The notes beneath the pieces are model-generated. The model was not told the DNA's origin. It ran no database searches and saw only the letters and a list, made by a program, of their open reading frames with translations. Positions 11,823 through 22,707 of a DNA stretch of 64,000 nt are shown in pieces. The position numbers and the translations under genes are program-made. The stretch comes from an uncultured Acidimicrobiia bacterium (GTDB lineage: Bacteria; Acidobacteriota; Terriglobia; Versatilivoradales; Versatilivoraceae): NCBI GenBank assembly GCA_963786955.1, contig CAWBAT010000003.1:96001-160000 (forward strand), given 5' to 3'. The stretch's first letter is position 1. Every line of letters begins with the position of its first letter.

Positions 11823-12036
11823 GTAGGGGCAAAGCATTTGCAACTGCCGCGTGATGGTCTCCAACATTTCTGAGGCGAATGCTTTGCCCTTAGAATCAGA
11901 CCCTGCCGATTTCACAAGGGCGAAGGATCAAGCGTGTGGCAAACGACAATCACGAGGGCGACGAAGGATCAAGCGCGTCGCAAACGTCAATCACGAGGGC
12001 GAAGCATCCGTCAGTTGACGGATGCTTCGCCCCTAC
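11823..12036. repeat. REP/REPIN cluster, left flank of RAYT
   Basis: Starts GTAGGGGCAAAGCATT and ends GGGCGAAGCATCCGTCAGTTGACGGATGCTTCGCCCCTAC. Internal ~40-nt unit is tandemly duplicated. Confidence 0.85.
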
Positions 12037-12056
12037 AAGCGGTTTGTTTGAAACAA

Positions 12057-12629
12057 ATGCCATTTGATCCTGAAAAAGACCATCGGCGTTCGATTCGCCT
12101 GCGAAGTTATGACTATTCTCAGCCTGGCGCCTATTTTGTGACGATCTGCACGCATCAGCGTAAGTGCCTATTGGGCTGTGAAGAAGACGGAAAGATCATC
12201 CTTTCAGCCTTTGGTTACCTAGTAGAAAGAACCTGGCAGGCTCTGCCAAAACATTTTCCAGGGATTGAATTGGATGCCTATGTGATCATGCCGAATCACA
12301 TTCACGGGATTATCAGGCGTAGGGGCGAAGCATTTTCGGCTGAAACATCCAGAATTACATCCATCTCGTGGGCCAATGCTTCGCCCCCTTCTCCATTTCT
12401 TGGCACGAAGCCAAATTCATTGGCAGCCATCATCCAGAATTTCAAATCGGTTTCGACGCGGAAAATGAATCAGAGGACCAACAGTACTGGAACCCAATGG
12501 TGGCAACGTAATTATTACGAACAAGTGATTCGGAATGAGAAGTCACTGTTGAAGGCTCAACAATACATATCCGAAAACCCGCTACGGTGGGCATTTGACA
12601 AGGAAAATCCCACCAAAATAGTTCTGTAG
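12057..12629 (+). mobile_element. rayT: REP-associated tyrosine transposase (RAYT, Y1/HUH family)
   Basis: RRSIRLRSYDYSQPGAYFVTICT, HUH motif MPNHIHG, WQRNYYEQVIR, catalytic Tyr in YISENP. Flanked by GTAG REPs. Likely start is ATG 12057. Confidence 0.9.
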
Positions 12630-12798
12630 GGGTGAAGTATTCGCAACTTCAGCCTGATGGTCTCCAATATTTTTGAGGCGAATGCTTTGCCCCTGGGATC
12701 AGACCCTGCAAATTTCATAAGGGCGAAGGATCTGCTGTGTGGCAAACGCCAATCATAAGGGCGAAGCATCCGTTAGCTGACGGATGCTTCGCCCCTAC
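12626..12798. repeat. REP/REPIN cluster, right flank of RAYT (direct repeat of the left flank)
   Basis: GTAGGGGTGAAGTATTCGC...TGATGGTCTCCAA...GAGGCGAATGCTTTGCCC...GGGCGAAGCATCCGTTAGCTGACGGATGCTTCGCCCCTAC, colinear with 11823-12036. Confidence 0.85.
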
Positions 12799-12843
12799 AA
12801 GACGAATTATTCTGTGATTGTGGCGTTTGCAATCTGCGAGACT

Positions 12844-14413
12844 TCATCCGGAGTTGGAATGCCCCCGGTGACGGAATAACGAATCTTGTTTTTCCTCTGG
12901 GCCATTAAGCCGGATTTCATAACGCTGGCAATAGTTGGAAGATTGCTCGACTAAAAGTTTAATCCAAGTCCGCCAAGTCATCTGACGAAAGTAAATCCCA
13001 CGAAACAAAAGACGGGCGACAAAATGCATTAGTTGCGGGCCAAAGGTCTTTTGATTATCCAGCAGCCATTTTTGTGCCCGACGAAATGCCGCAGGATCGT
13101 AGCAATGAGTCCACGCCTGCCGTATTTCCTCTTCCGCTGCATCAGCAGAAATATTTTTGGGAATGTAAGCAGACTTAAAGGCCTGAAAGTCAAGCCAGTG
13201 TTCCGGCCGAGTCAGACGCCCTTCTTTTTGCAAACGATAGTACAAAGGGGTAGCGGGGTAAGGGGTGAGAATTCCGAATACCGGCAATCCGGGCGGCCAG
13301 GTATCGATCTTACGGTAAGTTTGCTCGGAAACACCTCGCCGGTCGCCCTCCATTCCAAAAATAAACGAGGTAATTGCATACAGATGGTACTTGGCGAGCA
13401 AGTTTAGAATCTCCTGGTATTCTTCCGGTTTATTAAATTCCTTGTGCGCCACCTTGAGGCTTTCCGGATCCATGGACTCCAGTCCCATGAATATCCAACG
13501 CCCGCCACTGGCCGCGATCAATTGTACGAGTTCCTCATCTCGCAGGAGATTCATGCTGATCTGGGCGATCCAAGGCATGCAAGCATCCTGTTTGATCATC
13601 TCGCGTAGAAGAGACTTCGTCCGTTTACGATTAATGGCAAAGTTATCATCAATAAAAAAGACCATGGTCAAGGCATTCTTCTCTTTGGCCATGGCCTTCA
13701 AGTTCAGTAATTCTTGAATGACATTGTCATTATCCCGAAATCGAATCTCGTCTCCGAAGAAGCCGGTCACGGTGCAAAACTCGCACCCATAGGGGCAGCC
13801 TCGGCCAGATTCCATGGGGATAATATAAACGTTTTCGTAGCCGATTCCGATTGCCTTCAATACTCTCCTGGCCGTTCTCGGGACAAAACGCATCATATCA
13901 AAAAGAGTCAAATTAGCTTTGTCCCAGGCCATGGCCGGATAATTTTTAAGAGTCGGTTTTACGTCTTTTCCTTCGTGTTTTGCGGGCTCATAGACTTTCT
14001 GCAATCGTCCGAGAGAGGCATCTCGAACCACTAACGGCCAAGTATCGTCTGCTTCACCGAGGACGACGGTATCGGCATATTGTGGATGTCCTGTCAGTCC
14101 CAACGGTTCGTCCGGGACTTCGGTCACGTGAGGGCCTCCCATCACGATCGGTACAGTTGGTGGCACAGCGAATGGCATCTGCCATGCGATAGGCTTTTTG
14201 CGCCATCCGCGTCATGAAGCCCATGCCGACTAACTCAATCCTTTCGCGAATAATAAATTCGACCAGCTCTTGCTCTGTATAGTGTTGTGCGTTGCCATCG
14301 ATGATGGTAACGCGATGCTCACTTGGCGTGAGTCGCTTCAGCACAAAGGGCCAAAGTTGTGGGACGAAGTTGTTGGTGATCTGGTTGTCAGGAACATACA
14401 AGAGGATGTGCAT
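12844..14413 (-). CDS. B12-binding domain radical SAM protein (frameshift near 14180)
   Basis: N-terminal B12-binding domain (VMGGPHVT, VLGEAD), RGCPYGCEFC, FFIDDNF, GLES. Confidence 0.85.
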
Positions 14414-14721
14414 AAAGACTCCTATCGAAACTCAGAGAGTTCATCGAACGAGGGAATGCAAATTTGACCATTCACCATTCAAGGTCAATCTGCTTCCGCA
14501 GCGAATCAATGAACACGTTCAAATTCTGTATGTGCCTGGGAAGATTAATTTTTGTCCCGCTGAGAAGTTGCGTCTGTTTTGCGAGGAAGCCTCGGATGAG
14601 TGGGTAACAATAGAGAGAGTTCCATCGGACCAATTTGAGATACCGCAGAGCTTGAAAGGAAGAACAGAGGCAAAGGCAGGATGTCATCTCGCATGATCTC
14701 ACCGGGATCAATACTAAAAGA

Positions 14722-14766
14722 CTAAAACAAACAAAAAGCTACCCAAGTCAATTGACTGGTGGCTCC
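14722..14766 (-). terminator. Intrinsic terminator
   Basis: Minus strand AGCCACCAGTC-AATT-GACTTGGGTAGCT imperfect hairpin followed by TTTTGTTTGTTTT. Confidence 0.5.
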
Positions 14767-14863
14767 AAGAACCCAAGTGAAGACCAGGAGTCGATATCTT
14801 GACAGCCAGGATTAACCGACTTTAGTACAGTATTTAATCGGTTGTCAAACGCCATTTACTGAA

Positions 14864-14936
14864 GTGGGTGCGAAACATTTGCGGCTGAGACCTCCTGGGA
14901 TGGCTTCTCATCTCATGACCAATGCTCCGCCCCTAC
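14864..14936. repeat. Degenerate REPIN of the RAYT-associated family
   Basis: GTGGGTGCGAAACATTTG ... CCAATGCTCCGCCCCTAC inverted pair. Confidence 0.6.
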
Positions 14937-14978
14937 ACAGGACTAGACCAGAACCGGGACAAGGATTCAAAGACTGAC

Positions 14979-16124
14979 TTACGACCGGCCCACGAGTCGC
15001 GGTGGACGAGCAGAATATTTGCCATCGCCTAATAGACCCACGACAGGCGAGAATTGCGAGTGGACAACCAGACCCTCGTATGTTTGGCCATCCAGCAACT
15101 GGTGAAAATAGCTTTCAAAGTCGATAGGTGTAAAATCACAAGCGAATAGCGCGATTCGTCCTTGCAATTTCGCGCGCAGCGCATGAAAGCGTTTGGTGTC
15201 GTGAAGCAAATAATTATTGATGGCCAGCAGTCCTTCGGTTGCCAGAAAGTTGTCTGCCTGATGCGTCGCGCAGCCGCAATAGTGGAGACATCCGCCGCCA
15301 AATTCCCTTAAGATTCTGGAATTGTACGGTACAACGAATTCTTGATAAGTCTTCGCTGACATGAGAACGGCGTCATCGTCAGAAAACCAAATGCCAGCAT
15401 GGCGACCCGTGTAGACTTGCTGATCGGAAATGCACTCATGGGCGGGCTCGCCGATGATTTTCTTCTGCTTTTTCACCCACCGGATCAAAGCCCAAGTGAC
15501 TTTATCCATTAACTCGTGAGTTGCGACGGGGTCATCCTGCATCAGGTAAATGAGTTTATCGTAGCCCATAAGCTGATTGGCGGTGGTCAACGGTCCTTGA
15601 AAATCAGTGATCCCGATTGGCAAAAAGCTATGGGTCTTCATATAACTCATAAAATCAAGAACCTTGGGCATCAACCCATCTTTTTCGGGATCGGGGATCT
15701 CAAGCTTCCGGACATCTGCAGCCGTTCTGACAGGATAATGACGAGGGTCGACAGCCGGATCCTGTTTTGAAGGGAATACAATTTGGCATCCGAAAGCCGA
15801 TGCGGCGACTCCAGTGCCAAACCAAGGCATGAGATAAGGGACGAAGTCATCTTCGATTTCCCTGATTTGATTATAATAGCTGCGCTCTTGGAAGTGAGTC
15901 ATCACTCCCGCATCGTCAAAGTAGTCAGCCGGAAAGGATTCTGTGTCCAGGCCAAACACCCAGTAGAAGGCGCTATTGACCACGAATGGGGGCCGATCCA
16001 CTTTCTTAAACGCAAAGACTTCGGCCGTCTTCGCTTTTACAGTTTCGATTCGTTTTTCAAACCGCTTACGGAAATCTTCTCGTTCAGAGGGCGACAATGG
16101 AGTGGTCCGAGATTCTGGATTCAT
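14979..16124 (-). CDS. Uroporphyrinogen decarboxylase / MtaA-CmuA family protein
   Basis: DFQGPLTTANQLMG, SDDDAVLMS, LHYCG Zn-type motif. C-terminus may be frameshifted. Confidence 0.75.
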   Translation of the reverse strand: MNPESRTTPLSPSEREDFRKRFEKRIETVKAKTAEVFAFKKVDRPPFVVNSAFYWVFGLDTESFPADYFDDAGVMTHFQERSYYNQIREIEDDFVPYLMPWFGTGVAASAFGCQIVFPSKQDPAVDPRHYPVRTAADVRKLEIPDPEKDGLMPKVLDFMSYMKTHSFLPIGITDFQGPLTTANQLMGYDKLIYLMQDDPVATHELMDKVTWALIRWVKKQKKIIGEPAHECISDQQVYTGRHAGIWFSDDDAVLMSAKTYQEFVVPYNSRILREFGGGCLHYCGCATHQADNFLATEGLLAINNYLLHDTKRFHALRAKLQGRIALFACDFTPIDFESYFHQLLDGQTYEGLVVHSQFSPVVGLLGDGKYSARPPRLVGRS

Positions 16125-16147
16125 TTTCTTAGAACAAAGAACTCATG

Positions 16148-16218
16148 GTAGGGGCAAAGCATTTGCGGTGATATGTGCCGTTCAATCGTTTCACGTCATA
16201 CAAATGCTTCGGCCCTAC
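16148..16218. repeat. REPIN of the RAYT-associated family
   Basis: GTAGGGGCAAAGCATTTG ... CAAATGCTTCGGCCCTAC inverted pair between the two URO-D genes. Confidence 0.8.
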
Positions 16219-16253
16219 GGCGCACACACAGAACTCGTGCACGGATTGATTAT

Positions 16254-17284
16254 TTAGTAACAACCATACTTTCTACTTGCTTCAACAAGGGCGTGGATAT
16301 TGTCTGCCGGTGTTTGGGTCCCCAGGGCACAACCCGGCCCTAAAATGAATCCGCTATCCGGCTTCCAAATTGTAATCAGCTCGCGGCAGGCAGCGTCCAC
16401 ATCTTCGGGTTTGCCGAAGGCCAGCAATCCTGTATCAATATTGCCTAGGAGGCAAGTCCTGTGGCGGGCGGCTTCCTTGATCTTGATGCAGATCGGTCTT
16501 ATGGTCCACTTCTAAGACTTGCGCGCCGGTCGAAATAAAATCCTCCAGAATCTCGCGTTGTGTTCCCGCAGATATGGTTGTGTAGAATGACTCCGTGCTG
16601 CTTCAGTTCTTCCGCCATCGCCTTTTCATGCCGCCACGGATATTGACGATAGTGTTTTGGTGACAATAAGTCAGGTCCAGCGACAGGCTCACCAATTGAA
16701 GTGGAATGCCCGCCGCATTCGATCAGAGCGTAAGCATAACGAGTAGCGACACGCCGGCAGAAATCGAGGAGGTCATGAACCCATTCTTCTTGCTCGCCAA
16801 GGGCAATATCGATCATCAACTCGCTCATCCCACGCAGTTGAGCGGCCAAGTCCATGGGCCCCTGATCGGCTCGGGCGCAGATCCAGACTTTGTCCCCCAA
16901 CTCCTTCGATAATATGCGGGTGGCCTTCAAGATTTCAGACATGGGAAAGGTTGTATAGGGGTCCGGCACCAGAAGATCGCGAACCTCTTCCAGCCGACTG
17001 ATCAAAGGCTTTTCGACTGCCGGAGCCGATTCATCTCGATAGACCACTGTTGCTCCACAGGCCTGCGCGTTGCAGGCTGTGCCATTCTCGAGCAGGATCA
17101 TGTCGTGGCCGAATTCCCTCCAGGCCTTCAGCATGGCTTCAGCTAAAAGTTCGCCACTTCGAAAGACCTCACTCAGAGGCAATCCCGTGGCATAAGCCGC
17201 AGGCTGGAAATTATGCAAATCCACAGGGACACGGTCAGGAGGGCGAAGCTCAATTGCCGCTAGGACACGCTCGATGGAGTTCAT
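16254..17284 (-). CDS. Uroporphyrinogen decarboxylase / MtaA-CmuA family methyltransferase (frameshifted)
   Basis: MNSIERVLAAI..PDRVPV, QGPMDLAAQLRG, LHNHICG, GNID, FILGPGCAL..TPADNIHAL. Confidence 0.8.
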
Positions 17285-17521
17285 GCTTTCGAATGGCACC
17301 TTTGTTTGCCAGGGATTCCGGTAGTGACTATGGCAGTGCGGGTTCAATTCATATTCCCGCTCTTTTCGGCTGGATCCATTGTCGCCCTCGCGTCATTTGC
17401 GACGTCAAGGAATTCTGAATTTCAATAGAGTTCTGGCTAGATCAATAGGAACGCTCGGATTTGAATCATTCAGCGGAGACCACCATATTATTGGCTCCGT
17501 GTGAAGCTCGGGAGGCTGGTC

Positions 17522-18771
17522 TCAGAAAGGCCAAAAGAGCAACAGCAGTATTCCACCAATTAGCGCAACGCCGTAGAGGACTGCAATTCTGACGAACAAT
17601 TGCCGATGTCCTAATATCCAAATCACCGCAGCCTTGAAAATCAGATTGGATAAGGCTGCCACCAGAATAATCCGCCACCCGCTGGCGGGCACCGAGTGTT
17701 CCCGAATTGACCAACTGAGCCGTTGACAGAGAGATGGCATCCATGTCGGTCAGTCCCGAGAGGCCGGCCACGAAATAAAGCCCGCCTTGGCCGAGACGCT
17801 CTTTGGCTGCGGCTACTGCAAGGAGAACAATGGCAAAGAGCAGACCAAACCACAAAGCTGCCTTGAGTTCAGTAGGATTTTCCTGAATCGGCATAGGCGC
17901 TTTGCTCTTGGCGAGCCCAGAGCCAGATCCCCAAAGACAGCAGAGCGAGGAGAGCCAGCATGAGAAGCAGCGGAGGGAACACGGCCGGGAAAAATGCGGG
18001 TGACAAGAGACCGACAATCAGCAGCACGCGCACGAATACAATGGTTGAGGCAATCATCACGACGATTGCCGCTCCGGCACTGCTTTTAGGGGTTTCCGCA
18101 GTGCGTCGCGCGTAACTCACCGCTGTGGCAGTACTAGAGATCAGGCCGCCCAGGATACCCCCCAGGACAATGCCGGCTTTTTCCCCGACGAATTTATAGA
18201 CAATGTAGCCACCGAGGCTGATCCCAACGATGAGACACACCATGAGCCAGATATGATGTGGATTCAGCACCGCATAGGGACCATAAGCCCTGTTTGGCAG
18301 GATCGGAAGGATCACTAGGGACAACAACACGAACTGCATGATCGCCTTGAGATCTTCATCGCCTAGTCTTCGAGCGATCTCCATGCATCTGCCCCTTGGC
18401 CTGGAGCAAGACAGCGACTCCTCCACCGATGACAATCGCTACTTCTTTGTGACCAATGACGAGGTAGGCGCCGACCGCAAACATGAGCAACATGGCCACT
18501 TCCGTGGTTAAACCCGGATCGGCAGACCCCTCCCTGAACTCGGAATATTCCCCACAATGATGATGCCAGCCAGCGCCACCAAGCCCATGGCCACTGGCCA
18601 GCCACCGAAGCTTTGACCGAGCATCGCACAAACTGTGCCGAGAATGGTGACCATTGGAAAGGTTCGAATTCCGGCCAGACGGGAGGCTGCGTGTTCCCGC
18701 TGCAAACCTACCAGTAGGCCTAATCCCAGCGCGATGCTAAGCTGTTGAAGTGAGTTTGAGAGATCGATCAT
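17522..18771 (-). CDS. MgtC/SapB family membrane protein with DUF4010 (frameshifted)
   Basis: [40 protein letters not shown]. Confidence 0.85.
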
Positions 18772-19879
18772 GATCCATTACCGGGAGCCGGCGTGCGCGG
18801 CACAAGATGGATTGCTGTAGCCTTGACAATAGCGGTTACTTGTCTCCATCCTTGAGATTCAATTCTTCACAGGACTGCCGGGTCACAAGGGCACATAATG
18901 GAATCCCACAATCCAGCATCACTTTTACCAGAACACCCTCGAAGATGATCGAAGTGATGCGGCCGGGCAGATGATTCCGGGCACTGTCTCGGCTCGTGGG
19001 TCCTCGTTCTATAATTACATCTTCAGCCCGAATGCAGAAATAGACATCCCGCCCGCCAAGGTCTCCGGGGTCGACACTGGTGATCCGGACCTGTCCTGCC
19101 TGCACAGTCAACAACCCATTCCTTGCTTCGGTGATTTCGCCCGGGGTCAGAGTCTCCGTTCCGACCGACTGAGCGACCGCGTGATTGGCGGGAAAACTGA
19201 AAACCTCTCGAACCGGCCCCGTTTGCTGGATTCGTCCGTCCACCATGACAACCAGACGGTCCCCCAAAGCAATAGCCTCCACGCGGTCATGCGTCACTAA
19301 CAAGGTAGGAATTCCAACCTGGTTGAGCAGACGCCGGAGCTCACTCCGTAAGCGACTTCGCGTAGGGTCGTCCAGAGCAGAAAGGGGTTCATCCAGCAAC
19401 AGAAGTCGAGGACGGGGAGCAAGCGTTCGAGCTAACGCGACTCTTTGCAACTGACCCCCGGAGAGCTGCCGGGGAAAACGACCCTCAATCCCGTTGAGCT
19501 GAAAGAGGTGAATCAAGTGACTGACCCGTTCTGCTCGTTGTTCCCGGCTGCAGCCGGTCAATCCAAACTCCAAATTTCCTTTTACCGTCTTATGAGGAAA
19601 CAATGCGTATTCTTGGAAGAGATAACCTATGTGCCGTTGCTGGGGAGAAAGTGATATTCCGCGACTGCTCTCGTACCAGATTTCCTTACCACGGAAGATG
19701 AAGCCGCGGTCGGGCTGCTCCAATCCCGCCAGGCAGCGCAAAAGAGTGGTCTTCCCCGAACCCGAGGGTCCAAACAAAACGGTGACTGATGGAGGACTTT
19801 GAGGGAGTTCCAGCTCCGCTTCGACCGTCGCCCCGCTCGGGAACCGCTTCTCAATTTTCAGCGTTAAGTCGTCGGCCAT
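18768..19879 (-). CDS. modC: Molybdate ABC transporter ATPase
   Basis: [17 protein letters not shown] domain SARNHL...VKATAIHL. Frameshift near 18840. Stop overlaps the MgtC ATG (ATGA). Confidence 0.9.
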
Positions 19880-20538
19880 CCGGTTGACACTCGCCGCTGC
19901 AGCCCATAGGTGATGACGAGAACTACAAAAGAAAAACAAAGCAGCAGCAGGGAAGTTTGACCTGCCAGGTTGTAATTCAAAGCCTGAACATCATCATAGA
20001 TGGAAATCGAGACGGTCCGGGTAATCCCCGGCAAATTGCCTCCAACCATCAAGACGACTCCGAACTCACCCAACGTGTGTGCAAAGCTCAGTACCATCCC
20101 CGCGACAATTCCCGGGATGGATAAAGGAATGATCACCTGCCAGAAGGTCCTGAATCGGGAAATTCCCAAACACCACGAGGCTTCAATGAGACGCCGATCG
20201 ACGACCTTAAAGGCCGAAGCAAAAGGTTGCACCGCAAAGGGGAGGCTATAGAGAACTGAGGCAACGAGCAAGCCTCGAAAGGAGAAGGGTAATAACTCGC
20301 CGGTCAACTGCTGATAGAATCGCCCGACAGGGCTCCTGGGACCAATGGCAATCAGCACGTAAAATCCCAGGACCGTGGGGGGCAACACTATCGGCAAGGC
20401 GACTATCGCTTCAATGGCCACTTTCCAGCGTCTGGGAGAAAAGGTCAGCCAATGGGCAATGGGCAATCCCAGAAGCAGCAAAATGAAGGTTGTCCAAAAG
20501 GACAAACGTAAGCTTAAACCGATAGCAGCCCAGTCCAA
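19864..20538 (-). CDS. modB: Molybdate ABC transporter permease
   Basis: LPIVLPPTVLGFY and FAHTLGEFGVVLMVGGN. Confidence 0.92.
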   Translation of the reverse strand: MDWAAIGLSLRLSFWTTFILLLLGLPIAHWLTFSPRRWKVAIEAIVALPIVLPPTVLGFYVLIAIGPRSPVGRFYQQLTGELLPFSFRGLLVASVLYSLPFAVQPFASAFKVVDRRLIEASWCLGISRFRTFWQVIIPLSIPGIVAGMVLSFAHTLGEFGVVLMVGGNLPGITRTVSISIYDDVQALNYNLAGQTSLLLLCFSFVVLVITYGLQRRVSTGWPTT

Positions 20539-20541
20539 ATT

Positions 20542-21378
20542 TTATTTATCTCCTGGCAAACTGAAGCCATAGCGCTTCAAGAGCAAACGGCCTTTTGATC
20601 CCGTGACAAACTCGCGAAAATCTTTGAGCGCCGCTTTGGGTTCTTAGTCCATTTGAGAATGACTCCGCCTTGCTCCAAGCGGGGATAAGCGTCGGGCGGG
20701 ATCTGCCAATAACGGCCTTGGTCTTTTATTCGGGGCGCCATAGCCAACGAGAGGGCTACAATACCAATCTCGGCATTTCCAGTCTGGACAAATTGCAATG
20801 CCTGCGACACATTTTCTCCTAAAACGACTTTGTGCTGCACGACCTCCCAGAGAGTTGAAGAGCGCAGAGTCACTTCCGCAGCCTTCCCATAAGGCGCATG
20901 CTTGGGATTCGCTATGGCGATGTGATGCACCGATTCATCCCGAACGGCTTCCATCTTTAGACGCTCAACATCAATGGGCGATGAGTTGGGCACCCAGATC
21001 ACCAGATTCCCCACCGCATATAAAAACTCAGATCCCGGCAATGTCAGTCCTTGTTCACTTAATTTGTGAGGATAACCAATGTCTGCGGAGAAGAATAGAT
21101 CATAAGGAGCTTGATTGGATAATTGTGAATAAAAGTTTCCTGATGAACCATAAACGACCTTTACTGTGATTTCGGGATGATCCTTCTGAAACTCCTGGAT
21201 CATCTCATCCATGACAAACTTGAGGTCGGCGGCTGCGGCCACCAACAGCTCTCTTGGAGCCTGAGCGGCGTCCTGTCGGCTTGCCGCCCTTGGATCTCGA
21301 AAGAATCTGAATGTCCCAATTCGGGAATAGAAACACCAACCCGAGGATTAAGGATTTGATGCAATCTCTTCTGTTCAT
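20542..21378 (-). CDS. modA: Molybdate-binding periplasmic protein (frameshifted)
   Basis: VAAAADL, YGSSG, DLFFSAD, IANPKHAPYG, GENVSQ. Confidence 0.9.
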
Positions 21379-21434
21379 GCGAAACACATCCTTAATAGGA
21401 ACTCTTCGAAACAATATGTTGGAGGAGTCTCGGA

Positions 21435-22556
21435 TCACACCAAGATCCGTCCCGTTTGACTGGTATCGTAACCTCCGAGCGCTTCTAGCTCTCGCTTTAA
21501 GGACGAGCGGTTTAGCACATCCAGTATGATCTGAACCGCCTCTAGATCGAAATAGGCCTCGGGAAGAATCAGGTCGTAACGCTCACTCAGGAGCGGAATA
21601 AACCCTAAACCAAAGACCTGTGCGGCCGCCCGCACTGCGATGCAACAGTCCACTTCCCCGCTGAAAACATGCCAGGCAGCGGGGATATGTCCATAAGCGA
21701 TTCGTTCATAGCCGCGCACCGCTCCGGCTGCGATGCCGTGTTTTTGCAAAAATGAGTCCAACAGGAATCGGCTGCCTGCACCAGGCTCACGATTCACCCA
21801 AATCAAGTCCTTGCGCGCCAGCTGTTCAACGTTGCGAATCCGCTTCGGGTTGCCTTTTGCGACGACCAAGCCTTCCTCCCAGTTTGCGAATGTGACCGCG
21901 CGATAACCTCCACAGGGAAACAGCTTCTTCACCGCCGGCAAGTTGGATTCTCCCGTGGCTTCATCGCGGAGGTGAGTTCCTGCAATATGAATTCTTTTCT
22001 GCTTGAGCCATTGGAGAGCCTGGGAACTGGAACACCCCGCCACGATAAGTTGGAAATCGCTATAACGGTTCAGTTGGCGGGCCAGGACTGACATGCCTGG
22101 ATCACACCCCGCTACCACTAAGCTTTTGGTGAGGGTGGCTTCGAGATTCAATGGTTGTACTGTAGCCCTCCGCAAACGGTCCATACTGAGCACGATACCG
22201 TCGGCCCTCGGCAACCCGATCGAAATGGGCGAGGACGGGATACCCACACGTGTTTGTCAACCCGACACAGACGAACAGGTTGGCGAGGATGGAGGCTTTC
22301 TCCGAGATTTGAAACGAGCAGGTCGACTTCTTCGTAATGTCTGCAAGACCCCAGGATTTTCCTCAATTGAGAAGAGATCTTCGACAGAAACATCAAATGC
22401 TTTGGCTAGCTTTAAAGCCACCACAGTATTTGGAATATAGCTCCCCGCTTCAATTGCATAGATAGTCTGTCGCTTGATTCCCACTTGGTCGGCTAAAGCG
22501 ACTACCGTGAGGCCACTTTTCTGACGAATTTTGGCCAGGTTATTTTTTGCCCGCAT
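21435..22556 (-). CDS. XRE-HTH regulator fused to a PBP-like (molybdate-binding) domain (frameshifted)
   Basis: N-terminal LADQVGIKRQTIYAIEAGSYIPN. C-terminal AGCDPG, HIAGTHL, VNREPGAGSR, ERYDL, GGYD. Confidence 0.8.
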
Positions 22557-22707
22557 TGAAAAAGCTCCTCGATATGAAAATTATGCTATCATACTGTCTT
22601 TTTAAAATGACTAATTACTCGTAAACTTTACTTCGTGGATGTGAAGTAAATCAAGAACGGAAAGAAGGGGAGGACTTTTAGGTGCTTCGAATAATCCGAA
22701 AAACCGT

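Noticed and set aside
11910-12005. Tandem ~40-nt repeats as a mini CRISPR array
   Set aside because: The units are adjacent with no unique spacers, lie inside the REP flank, and no cas genes are present.
11934-12056. N-terminal extension of the RAYT ORF in the track
   Set aside because: It is translated REP repeat sequence. Family similarity starts at Met 12057.
14472-14711. 79-aa minus-strand ORF between the radical SAM and URO-D genes
   Set aside because: Non-ATG start, no motif, and it begins directly after a terminator-like U-tract.
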